Below, one piece after another: positions 1-10,583 of a stretch of DNA of 64,000 nucleotides. The DNA is from Octopus bimaculoides (taxonomy: Eukaryota). The first letter of the stretch is position 1. Each line of letters begins with the position of its first letter. The stretch is from NCBI RefSeq assembly GCF_001194135.2, contig NC_068993.1:26096022-26160021 (forward strand). Direction: 5' to 3'. Made by a program: the position numbers and the translations under genes. The notes below the pieces were generated by a model that was given only the letters and a program-made list of their open reading frames with translations, searched no databases and had not been told where the DNA came from.

Positions 1-132
1 TGAAAATTTTAATCAAGATGCAACATCCCTCATGCACTATAATTTCTAAATTACCTAGCAGAGTCCCATGAGAATTGGCTACCACCTACCTAACAGTTTC
101 AATATTCTCTAGTGTTTGGGCAGGTCACTCAC

Positions 133-199
133 CTCCTGCATTTCCTTTTAATGCTGAACTAGTCAACCTGAAGTTTTCTACCCATGACAACATCCTATT
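133..199 (-). CDS. Candidate internal exon 5 of unidentified minus-strand gene (NRMLSWVENFRLTSSALKGNAG)
   Basis: Minus strand reads gtgtctaatcag|AATAGG...GCAGGAG|gtgagt. 67 nt, open only in phase 0, matching the phase-0 end of the 19389-19421 exon. No homology recognised. Confidence 0.35.
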
Positions 200-301
200 C
201 TGATTAGACACTTTACTATGACTTTCCACATTAAAATGCAAATGAAGTTTTGCAGTATTTCAGTAACTGAGTTGCAAATTAAAAAAAAAATATCTCAATC
301 A

Positions 302-700
302 GGCACAGGTATAGCTGTGCAGTAAAAAGTTTGCTTTCCAACAACATGGCTCTGGGTTCAGTTCCACTGCATGGAACCTAAGCAAGTGTCTACCACTATA
401 GCCCTGGGCTGACCAAAGCCTTGTGATTAGATTTGGTAGACAGGAGCTGAAAGAAGCCTGTCATATATGTATATGTATTTATATGTGTGTCTTTGTGTCT
501 GTGTTTTGCCCCACCACCACCGCTTGACGACCATTATCAATATGTTCATGTGTCCATAACTTAGCAGTTCAGCAATAGAGACTGATAGAATAAATAACAG
601 GCTTTAAAAGAATAAGTACTTGGGTTGATCCATCTGATTAAAATTTCTTCCAGGCAGTGCCTCAGCATGACCGCAGTATGGTGACTGAAACAAGTAAAAG
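302..700 (+). mobile_element. tRNA-derived SINE, family A, decayed near-full copy
   Basis: Head gctgtgcagtaaaaagtttgct...ggttcagttccac, body gccttgtgattagatttggtaga, end tgactgaaacaagtaaaag. Same family as the better-preserved copy at 9617-10025. Confidence 0.85.
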
Positions 701-1039
701 GTCACACAGGTAGGATGTTGCATGTTCCACTGCTTCTTAGGTACTGAAATAGCAGTATGTGTACAGTTCGACATCACCAAGTATGTGATCTGTCTAGTCC
801 CATCTGTCATACAACCACTATTTTAAAGGAAGCATTGTCTTCCAGATGGATCATGTTGTGTCACAGAGGACTAAATTTTTGGATCTGCTTTTTGCTATTA
901 GCATATTTTTGATTCCACTCCTATGGCAAGAATATGGTTTTTGCTTATCAACCACCCTCTAAGCCCTCTTTAAGTGCAGTTACACTTAATGGAGGTAAAA
1001 ACAGAAATTCTTTTAATGACAACATGAAATAGATGTGTT

Positions 1040-1105
1040 TTAACTTTTACTTGTTTCAGTCATTTGACCGAGGTTATACTGGGACACTGTATCCAAGGGT
1101 CTTAG
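1040..1105 (-). mobile_element. SINE family A, 3' part, split by the piggyBac insertion
   Basis: ttttacttgtttcagtcatttgacc is the reverse complement of the family-A 3' end. The SINE continues at 2902. Confidence 0.75.
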
Positions 1106-1109
1106 TTAA

Positions 1110-2897
1110 CCCTTTAGACTGACCATAACTGGCTGAAAATTATTCCCCTTTATTTGTTTGAATTGGCCAAATCTGGCTGTATCTGATTTCTCTACAAAAA
1201 TCACCAAAAAAACAAACAAATCACATTATTGAATTCTCATAGCTTTGAGAAAGCCTTTCCTGTGTTTATTCAAGTAAAAATATGATGAAATTTTTGAGAT
1301 TTCTTGTTTTTTTTTTTTTTCTCACCGTCAGAATAGAAGTGTATATCTTAGTTTTTAACAATATGACGTCAGCAAGTAGTGATTCCAACTTCAAAGGTTT
1401 TATTCTTGATGATGTACAAAATATAAACGGAAACAACAGTGATTTGTCTTCAGATGATTCACATTGACATTTATGAATCTTCATTGGACGAGTAAGATTT
1501 TGATAATGAAAGTGATGAAAATGACATTGTAAACATTACGGCAACATAGTTGAAGATTACTACATCAATTCCCGATTTCACAGAAAAGACTAGTCCACAA
1601 TACAGTCTACCTCCCGACACTCAACCATTGAACTATTTATTTTTATTTTTACTGAAAAGTGTTTTTGAAACTGTTGCAGAGGAAACAAATGTTCAATGCA
1701 TAATTTCTATTCATGGAAGACCTGATCCACTGAGGCAGCCAAATGATACTGAGGAAATGCGAGCTTTTTTTAGTATAAACATTGTTTGGTATCAAACAGC
1801 TTCCTCAACTGTGGAACTACTGGAATCCTGATATAAGGTATGGTGATCCATATATCTCCAGCATTATGTCTAACTATAGTTAATTCATATATTGTTTATG
1901 TAAAAAGTCACCGAGGATTACAACCATTTGAAATTTCAGGTTGACATCACATCTCAGTTATGTCAAGGTTTTTCTTCCAGGAAGCATAGAACTGGGAGAA
2001 AAGCAAAATTAACTGAGGTGGATGTCAACAGAAAAAATATTGACTTCCATAAAGTGGAAAAAATAAATGGAAGGAAAAAAGTTTGCAGACTGTGTTCACT
2101 ACAAAAAAGAAAAACTGCGAAAGGATATCAGGTCGAGACATCATATATTTGTTAGTTTTGCAAAGTGCCCTTGTGTAAAAGGGTTCTTTGGACAGTTTAA
2201 TGATAGAAATATGGCATAACTATATTTTGTTGTTCGATAGTAATACTATCATTTATTCCTTTCATTTTATTACAATAATGTGAAAGTGAGAAATACATAT
2301 TAATTTTCACTATGTTACACATCTGTATTCACCTTTGCCTCACCTGTTAATGAGCTTTTATTTTATTAGATGCATTTTGTTATGTAAATGTATTCAGTGA
2401 ATTGTATAAGAGTACATAGCCAATGGTATATTGGCTAGTAAAAGAGTTTTGTACTTTATTTTCAATGAAAATGTTTGAATGAAATATAGAGAAAGAGTAA
2501 AATCTTGTAGCAATTATACCTGTATTTTAATTAATTCAAATTAATGTACCTCATCTTGAAAAGTGGCAAAATTTTTGGCAGTTGACATCTGGGATAATTT
2601 TAGTAACAAACCTAACAGGTAAAATGCATTAAGAATTTCAATTTTAATATCTATCCATAATGTTATTACTTTTATACCTGCCCATAAAAGTCAAATTTAA
2701 TCAGTAAGATTAGTTAAAATTAAATAACTTTAATCCACTGGTATATAAGCATTAACTGACAAAATTTCAAATTTGTATGTAAAAAATTAACAAAGCTACA
2801 AGCAAATATTGTGGACATCCCTCTTGAACCTGAATAATTCAAAATAATGTGAACAAATAAGCATTACATTTGACAAATTAATCTGAACACTAAAGGG
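1110..2897 (+). mobile_element. Internally deleted piggyBac DNA transposon
   Basis: TTAA at 1106-1109 followed by CCCTTTAG; CTAAAGGG at 2890-2897 followed by TTAA at 2898-2901. Perfect 8-bp terminal inverted repeats and TTAA target duplication, with transposase remnants inside. Confidence 0.9.
1363..2190 (+). pseudogene. piggyBac transposase remnant: N-terminus and Cys-rich C-terminus, catalytic core missing
   Basis: Acidic start MTSASSDSNFKGF; QPLNYLFLF..VFETVAEETN..EEMRAFFSI matches the piggyBac transposase N-terminal block; C-terminal CRLC...VETSYIC*FCKVPLC is the piggyBac cysteine-rich domain. Several stops and frameshifts. Confidence 0.82.
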
Positions 2898-2901
2898 TTA
2901 A

Positions 2902-3220
2902 ATGAATTGAGCCCCAGTACTTGTTTCTTTAAGTCTGGTAATTATTCTATTGGTCTCTTTTGCCAAGACACTACGTTACAGGGACATAAACAAATTAACA
3001 CTTGTTGTCAAGCAGTAATAGAGGACTAACACAAAGACATGCAAACACACACACAACATTCATATATATTCAATTGGCTTCTTTCAGCTTCTGTCAATCA
3101 AATTCACTCTTTGGGTGATCTGAGGCTTATAACAGAAGACAGTCACCCAAGATGCCACATGGTGAGACTGAATCCGGAACCATGTGGTTGGAAATCAAGC
3201 TTCTTATCACACAGCCACAA
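2902..3220 (-). mobile_element. SINE family A, 5' part, split by the piggyBac insertion
   Basis: ccccagtact...tattctattggtctcttttgcc...ggaaccatgtggttgg...cacacagccac is the reverse complement of the family-A body and head. Confidence 0.8.
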
Positions 3221-4179
3221 CCATCTCAAATTATTTGCATATCACATATAAAAGTGCTAAAAAGTATATTTTCTGGTATTTGGTTTATCAATGCAGGATA
3301 GAGAGAAGCTGACCACAACAAAATTCAAGTCGTAAAAAAAAAAAATGAAATAGTGCCAAGTTCTGTGGCACAGGACAACTGACTCAACATTCCAAATCCT
3401 GTTTGAGCCAATTTCAAAAACACAAAGCATAGAAAATTAGATAAATTCTTTGAGGTGGTGGTGGTGGGTCATCTCTTCTTTATTATTATTTTTTTTATAT
3501 TATTCTGACAAATCTCTATATATATGTGAAGGAAAAGTGAACAGATAAAGAATAATCATGAATTACTGTCACATATTTTCTAAATCTCAGAGAATCATTT
3601 TACCCAAGATAGATAAATGACTTCTTTTTTTTTTTTTTTTTTTTGAGAAGGGAAAGGTTTCACTGTTAGATATATATATCAACAACAACAATAATAATAG
3701 TATAGCAACACTGATGAATGATGTCACCCTATGAACTGCAAGAGATGCTAAACTAGTGTTTATATCTGGATTCTGTGGCATTAAGCAGACAGAGTCAAAT
3801 TTCCTATTGGTTCAGACACTGATTTAAATCAAGTAATACTCTCACATGCAATAACTGACTTTCCCACAGCTACGTAAAGAGAAGAGGTGCAGAATTAAGT
3901 GTTCTGCCCAGAGATAGTGACACACCCCAACAAAATATTAACTCGTATCTCAAGAGATATCCAAGGCCTTCAACACCAGCCACCTCTACTATACCAACTT
4001 TTATCAAATTATCAAATCACACTTTTGTTATTTAAATAAAGGGGGGGGGAGATAAATAACATAATATAGTCCAAGCTGGCCATGAAGAAACAGAATTGTC
4101 ATCACTGGAATGCCTTTGATTATTGGTCAGGATTGAGCTGAAATGAAACAAGAACATCCAGTTGCTGTCACAAGCCAAC

Positions 4180-4430
4180 AAGTGTGCTCTCAACCATTTT
4201 TTGCCCATGGACCCCTTTGATTCCTGTTTTACAGAGGGGTTGACCTTAATAGCCACTTAATGTCTAAAAACTATTATATTTTTATGATTAAATATTATTA
4301 GGAATTTTGTGCATTGCAGAAAATATTTTGTCCATTGTAGAAATATATCCAATTTATTGCACATAAATTTTAACAGCAAAATTTTATATGGGACCCCAAG
4401 AGCTACATGGACCCTGGTTCATAACCACTG
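4180..4430. mobile_element. Non-autonomous hAT (Charlie-like) MITE
   Basis: Degenerate TIRs agtgtgctctcaacc / ggttcataaccactg, resembling CAGTGGTTCTCAACC. Right flank ctctagat fits the Charlie NTCTAGAN target preference. Left TSD not recognisable. Confidence 0.55.
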
Positions 4431-5494
4431 CTCTAGATGATAAATCTACCTGCTAGAAATGATAACCAAATTTTCCTCATATTACACCTTCCTATCCTTA
4501 AAGAAAGGTATATTGAATAATGTAGTCCTTGATTATCCTATAAAAGAAAAGATGGCTACAGTAAAAAATACATCGGATCAAATGTTTGTTTGATTGGAGT
4601 TATTGCCATGGGGTGAAACAACAACAACCAATCAGTGCCACTACAACTACTACCATCACAACACAACAAGTGATATCTTCTGTACCAACAGTAAAATCAT
4701 ACAGCAAAAGATATTCTACTTATTTTAGAACCAAATCAGAATGCAGATTTGATGTGGTTGACAGAGGAAATGGTATGGTTAACAACATAGCTCACACAAT
4801 TCAAAATAACTAAACTTAGTAACATTTAAGAGAGCAATTGTCTTACTTAGTCCAAACTAACTATGCACTAATTTTGGTATTTTTACTTTTGGTTAATTAT
4901 TTTATTTGTAATGTTTTATTTGTTTGCTGGCACCATGCTTAGTAATCAACCTGATTTGGCAACATCTGACCTGCTCTGTTGTGGAAGTAACATGGAGAGT
5001 ATGGCATTCTTAACAGTAGACCACTACGCAATTATCGAGTCCAGCTCAGATACTGAATACTTCATATGCATGAAACATGGTACATTGCTGAATCCAGTAC
5101 AGTCTAGTCTAAATGCAGCCATGCACAAAACATAACACATATTTATTTTTCAATTGTTCTCATATCCCTTTCAGCATGATTAGTTTAGAGTAAATTTGTA
5201 TACTACTGAAGCACTTTTACAGTTGAATGTCTTGGCTATGTCTAACTACTTAAGAATCAGTAGGTCAGTTATATAGACCAAGACTATATAACCATGACTT
5301 GCCTAAGTATAGAACATAATAGTTGCAGTAGAATTTAAACTCATAAAACGTGTGATCAATAGCATAGCATAATATGGTGCTAAAAATATTAGCAACTTTA
5401 TACTAAGTTCAAGTTTGACCATATACTGAAACTTATGTGCCTGTGAATGAAATTTCTATATCTAACCAAAGATAATCTAATATATGTGAAGGTA

Positions 5495-5780
5495 CATGCT
5501 CTAGTGCTCAGGGTGCTGAACTCACAATTGGTTTCAGTTCCCAGAGTGGCAGTGCATTGGATGCTTGAGCAAATCACTGCATTTCCTATTGCTCCAGTTC
5601 ACTCAGCTGTAAGTGGGTAACCCTGTGACAGATATTGGTGTTCTGTTCAGGAGGAACGTTAGCCTCCCTACCTAAGCTGTAGGAGTGGCATCATTTGAAA
5701 GTTGCAACAATGCAAGGAAGTGCATTGTGACCAGTGGTGTATAACAACATCCCATAATCTGGTCAATACAGTGATACAGT
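5495..5780 (+). mobile_element. tRNA-derived SINE family C, decayed
   Basis: gcttgagcaaatcactgcatttc..gctccagttcactcagctg corresponds to the reverse complement of the copy at 17815-18050. Confidence 0.6.
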
Positions 5781-6158
5781 TAATATTATATATACACACA
5801 CAATGATGATGATGGTGTATAGCATGTAGAAAATGCATAGGATTAACACACAGAAAACAATCTTAATAGATAGAATAATTACTCAACAAGTGTACCTGAT
5901 AGAATAATTATTATATTATACTGTGCAGTGTAATGTGAATGGGTTAACAGAAATTGCAGTAAGGATCTCTAAATGAATTTAAAACAATTTACAAAAACAA
6001 TTGACTTAAAAGATGACATGTTTGTTTTATAAAATACACCCATCCACACATTTCATTTCAGAATGTGAAAAACATCAGAAAATTCTAAAACCATGTCATA
6101 AGTCCATAACTTGTGATTATCAAAAATCTTATGATCTGGATCGGCGGCGGTGGCAGTG

Positions 6159-6159
<1 letters not shown>

Positions 6160-6232
<73 letters not shown>
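6160..6232. repeat. (AGT)n microsatellite
   Basis: About 24 perfect AGT units; explains the poly-Ser ORF at 6013-6258. Confidence 0.98.
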
Positions 6233-6939
6233 AGCTAAATGTTCCTAACAGGTGCTGAAAGTCGTTATCTTGGTTAATTACCCATAGCATCTTATATGCA
6301 GTTTATTAATAGCAGTGAAACTCAACATCATTACAGCAGACATCTGTTACATATATTGAAGATTTTTCACTGATTTTTACTTCAGGCCACCTAAGTCCCC
6401 AAGTTAGTCTAAAGTCAGTTATCATCTTCCTCCTCCTCCTCATCTTCAGCAGTTTAACATTTGCCTTTCTATACTGATATCAATGGGACACTAACAACAA
6501 CAAAACAGTTATGACAATAAAGAAGGGAAACTTGATTTTAAAGTCGTAGCTAATGAGGCTAAATATTATTCGTGTCAAATAGTTTTGTGGAGAGAGAAAG
6601 AGAGACTCTCAAATAATTAGACTGGCTATTACTTTGATTTACAATAGTAATGATGATGAGGTGGAGAGGATATGAAAAAGAGGGTAAAGGGATTTTATAA
6701 TATCTCAAAAGCAGCAGCAATTTATGAAACAGCTTCAGCTGGGACTCCAAACCATATTGCAAGCTGAGCCTGCTACTGCATGCCACATAACTATCATTAC
6801 ATCTGATAATTTTCATACACAACAATATTAATACATTTCAAATCATCTCCCATTTGCAAAACTTATTTGAATATTTTTTCCAGGCTCAAGAATAGTATCT
6901 GAAGCAAAGAAGCTAGTTATGTAAATGTATATCTTATAT

Positions 6940-7272
6940 CTTTTACTTGTTTCAGTCATTAGATTGCAGCCATGCAGGGCAGCGTCTTGAATTATTGTTA
7001 GTTGACTGAATCAACTCAAGTACATTTTTTTTTAAAGCCTAATATTTATTCTATCAGTTTCTTTTGCTGAACCACTACATTACAGGAACATAAACCACCA
7101 ACACCACACACACACACACACACATATAACAAACTTCTTTTCCGTTTCCATCGACCAAATCCATTCACAAAGCCTGAGACTATAATAGAAGACATTTGTC
7201 CAAGGTGCTTGGCAGTGGGACTGAACTTGGAACCATGTGGTTGGGAAGCAAGCTTCTTACCATCCAGCCACA
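6940..7272 (-). mobile_element. SINE family A
   Basis: ttttacttgtttcagtcatt ... aatccattcacaaagcc ... ggaaccatgtggttgggaagcaagcttctt ... cagccac. Confidence 0.85.
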
Positions 7273-7715
7273 TTTGCACCTATGTTTATGAAATCTACTC
7301 AGGTGTAACTTATATCAAAAAAATGAAAGATACAAAAATCTTTATAATAATGACTGCTTGCATCATCACACAAAGCCAAACACAACTGAGTGGATCCCAG
7401 TATGTGACTGGTACCTAGTTAATTGATCCAAGAAAGATGTAAGTTGAAAGTGGCAGTATTGAAATTTGAAATTAGAAAAGCTGCACTAAATTCTCCACTA
7501 TTTTCACAAAACAACTTCTCACAATAATGATAACAATAGTAATTATTGTTCCTTACTTAGACAGGAAAACTGAAAACTATACGAAAGTAATGAACTTAGC
7601 ATAATTTAATTTTTTCTATAGCCAGACATGTTTTCAGCAGAAACAAAGATTAGGAACAAATGACATCTGTCTAGGACTATTCATATCATAAGAAAAAGAG
7701 ACACATATGTATGCA

Positions 7716-7768
<53 letters not shown>

Positions 7769-7769
7769 A

Positions 7770-7922
7770 GAGGCACTTTTTTAGATTCCATGTTACAAAT
7801 CCACTCACAAGGCTTTGGCCAGCCCAAGGCTATAGTAGAAGACACTTGCCGAAGATGCCATGCAATAGGACTGAACCTAAAACCACATGGTTAGGAAGTG
7901 AGCTTTTCAACTACACAGCCGG
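7770..7922 (-). mobile_element. SINE family A, 5' half
   Basis: aaatccactcacaaggctttggccagcccaaggctatagtagaagacacttgcc ... actacacagcc. Confidence 0.85.
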
Positions 7923-7949
7923 ACACAACTGTATGTTCGCTTCCTGATT

Positions 7950-8275
7950 TGGGCTAGTGTCTTCTACTATAGCCTTGGGACACCTAAAAGTGGATTTGGT
8001 AAACAGAAACTGAAAGAAGACCGGCACAAGCATGCGCATATGCGCACTCATGTGTGTGCATGCACATGTGTAAGAGCATTTGACTTTGTGTTTGTACTCC
8101 ACTACCACCTGACAACCAGTGCTGATGTGTTTATATTACTCAGTGGTTCTGCCAAAGAGACGGATAGAATAAGAGGCAAGCTTAAAAGAAAAAGTACTAG
8201 AGTTGATTTGTTCAACTAAAATTCTTCATGGCAGTGCCCGAACAAAGATGCAGTCTCCTGACCGAAACAAGTAAA
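7950..8275 (+). mobile_element. SINE family A, 5'-truncated, inverted relative to the 7770-7922 copy
   Basis: gtgtcttctactatagccttggg ... gtggatttggtaaacagaaactgaaagaag ... gaccgaaacaagtaaaa. Confidence 0.8.
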
Positions 8276-8574
8276 ATGATAATGTGTATATGTGTGTGTA
8301 TCTATGTACGTATGTAGCTATGTATGTATGTCATTATTCAGTTTATTTCAAGAATTCTTGCCAATAGAGAAAGAACCAGTTTCTAACCTAGATCCAAGGC
8401 TCCTTCATTGGAATTTCAACATCAACAACAGGGTATTTTTGTTTGTTTGTTTGTTTGTTTGTATGTATGTATGTATGTATGTGCAGATTTGTATGTTTTA
8501 TGTATGCATTCTCATGCATATAGTTACATATCTAGACATGCTCATATATATCTAAATGATAAACTTCGGGGAAG

Positions 8575-8985
8575 TTTTACAGATTTTTACAGTTCCAGTG
8601 ATGGATTGGATCTGTAGTCTTCAAATTAGCTTTCTCCATTCTGGTTTTAAGAAGCCTAATTTCGCAAGATTGGTATTTAGGCATTGTGTTACATATCCCA
8701 TGCCCCCAATAATTACAGGTATAAAACTGAACTTGTAATCTGGATAGAGTAACTGCAAATTTCTCAATAGTTCAGCATAGGTGTTCTCTTTTTCACTGAT
8801 CTTCAGCTTTATGTTAATATCTGCTGGGCAGCTAATTTCCACCACTGGGCACAGTTTCTCTTCTCCATCCCAAATCATTATATCAGATCAGTTGTGCTTA
8901 CACTTTATTGAGGTCTTCACTGGTACATTCCACCAGTATTCTTTTTCATTATGAATGTCTATGGCTTCTACTACATTGTGGGTTT
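8575..8985 (-). mobile_element. Non-LTR retrotransposon remnant, restriction-like endonuclease (RLE) domain, R4/Dong/NeSL-type
   Basis: MIWDGEEKLCPVVEISCPADINIKLKISEKENTYAELLRNLQLLYPDYKFSFIPVIIGGMGYV fits the PD..D...E...K..KY / P.IIGA.G pattern of RLE domains. Upstream YWWNVPVKT precedes a frameshift. Confidence 0.8.
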
Positions 8986-9126
8986 GTACGTACATATGTA
9001 CATACATATGTATGTATGTATGTATGTATATGAGATGTAATATAAACACTATTCTTTTTTTTTTTTTTTTGACTTGTTTCAGTCANNNNNNNNNNAATAT
9101 AAACACTATTCTTTTTTTTTTTTTTT

Positions 9127-9488
9127 GACTTGTTTCAGTCATTTAACTGCAGCCATGCCAAAGGACCACCTTGAAGGGTTTTACTCAAGCAAATCAACCC
9201 CAGGACTTATTATTTAAGCCTAGTACTTATTCTATTGATCTCTTTTGCTGAATTGCTAAGTTATGGGGGATGTAAACACAACAACACTGGTTGTCAAGTG
9301 GTGATGGACATACACACACATATATATATATACGACGGGCTTCTTTCAGTTTCTGTCTACCAAGTCCACTCACAAGACTTTGGTCAGCCTGAGGTTATAG
9401 TAAAAGATACTTGCCAAAGGTGCCACACAGTGGCGCTGAACCTAGAACCATGTGGGTGGGAAAGTAAGCATCTTACCACATAGCCACA
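9127..9488 (-). mobile_element. SINE family A
   Basis: Reverse complement of the family consensus from gacttgtttcagtc to accacatagccac. Confidence 0.9.
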
Positions 9489-9508
9489 TATATGTGTGTT
9501 TGTGTGTG

Positions 9509-9569
<61 letters not shown>

Positions 9570-9616
9570 TATATATATGCATATATATATGCATACATAC
9601 ATACATAATTTCAATA

Positions 9617-10025
9617 GGCGTAAGAGTGGCTGTGTGGTAAGTAGCTTGCTTACAAACTACATGGTTCCGGGTTCAGTCCCACTGCGTGGCACCTTGGGCA
9701 AGTGTCTTTTACTATAGCCTCAGGCCGACAAAAAGCCTTGTGAGTGGATTTGGTAGACGGAAACTGAAAGAAGCCCGTCGTATATATGTATATATATATA
9801 TATCTATATATGTGTGTATATGTTTGCGTGTCTGTGTTTGTCCCCCCAACATCACTCGACAACCGATGCTGGTGTGTTTACATCCCTGTAACTTAGCAGT
9901 TCGGCAAAAGAGACTGATAGAATAAGTACTAGGCTTACAAAGAATAAGTCCTGGGGTTGATTCGCTTGACTAAAGGCGGTGCTCCAGCATGGCCACAGTC
10001 AAATGACTGAAACAAGTAAAAGAGT
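9617..10025 (+). mobile_element. SINE family A, full-length and least decayed copy
   Basis: tRNA-like head with A box tggctgtgtgg and B box ggttcagtccc, internal (TA)/(TG) tract, several CpGs retained, end atgactgaaacaagtaaaagag. Confidence 0.92.
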
Positions 10026-10149
10026 ATATATGTAATGCGTGTGAGTGTAAGTAATATATATATGTATATAATACACCAGATACTCTTACCTTCAAACACA
10101 TTTTTGATGCTCATTTACAACCATCATTTAATGTCAAGACAAGTACATA

Positions 10150-10280
10150 CAAGCACACACAAACAGGCTTCTTACAGTTTCCATCAACCAAATCCACTCA
10201 CAAAGTGTAGAAGACACTGATCCAGGTGTCATACAGTGGGACTGAGCATGGAACCAAGTGGTTCAGAACCATGCTTCTTA
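10150..10280 (-). mobile_element. SINE family A fragment
   Basis: ggcttcttacagtttccatcaaccaaatccactcacaaag ... ggaaccaagtggtt. Confidence 0.75.
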
Positions 10281-10484
10281 TAGATGCATAGAAAATGAAT
10301 GTTAAAAAATGAAGTTAAAACTCAAAATGCCAGGGTCAAATTGCTCAAAAGGATCTGACAGAACTAAGAACTATATTGTGCACCAATGATCACTTTTGCC
10401 TTATTTCTAAGAATGGAGGATCTTCCTAATTCCAATAATTTTTAAAAGTGTATCGGGTACACTTTTCTTATCGCGCATGCATGC

Positions 10485-10541
<57 letters not shown>

Positions 10542-10547
10542 TGTGTG

Positions 10548-10583
<36 letters not shown>

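Noticed and set aside
9040-9140. Direct repeat flanking a 10-N gap
   Set aside because: Typical unmerged contig overlap, so an assembly artefact.
9617-9690. tRNA-like A/B boxes here and at other SINE heads
   Set aside because: They are SINE heads continuing into SINE bodies, with no complete cloverleaf.
9384-9717. ORFs with [10 protein letters not shown] or CVCV runs here and throughout the window
   Set aside because: Translations of (TA)n, (CA)n and (GT)n microsatellites.
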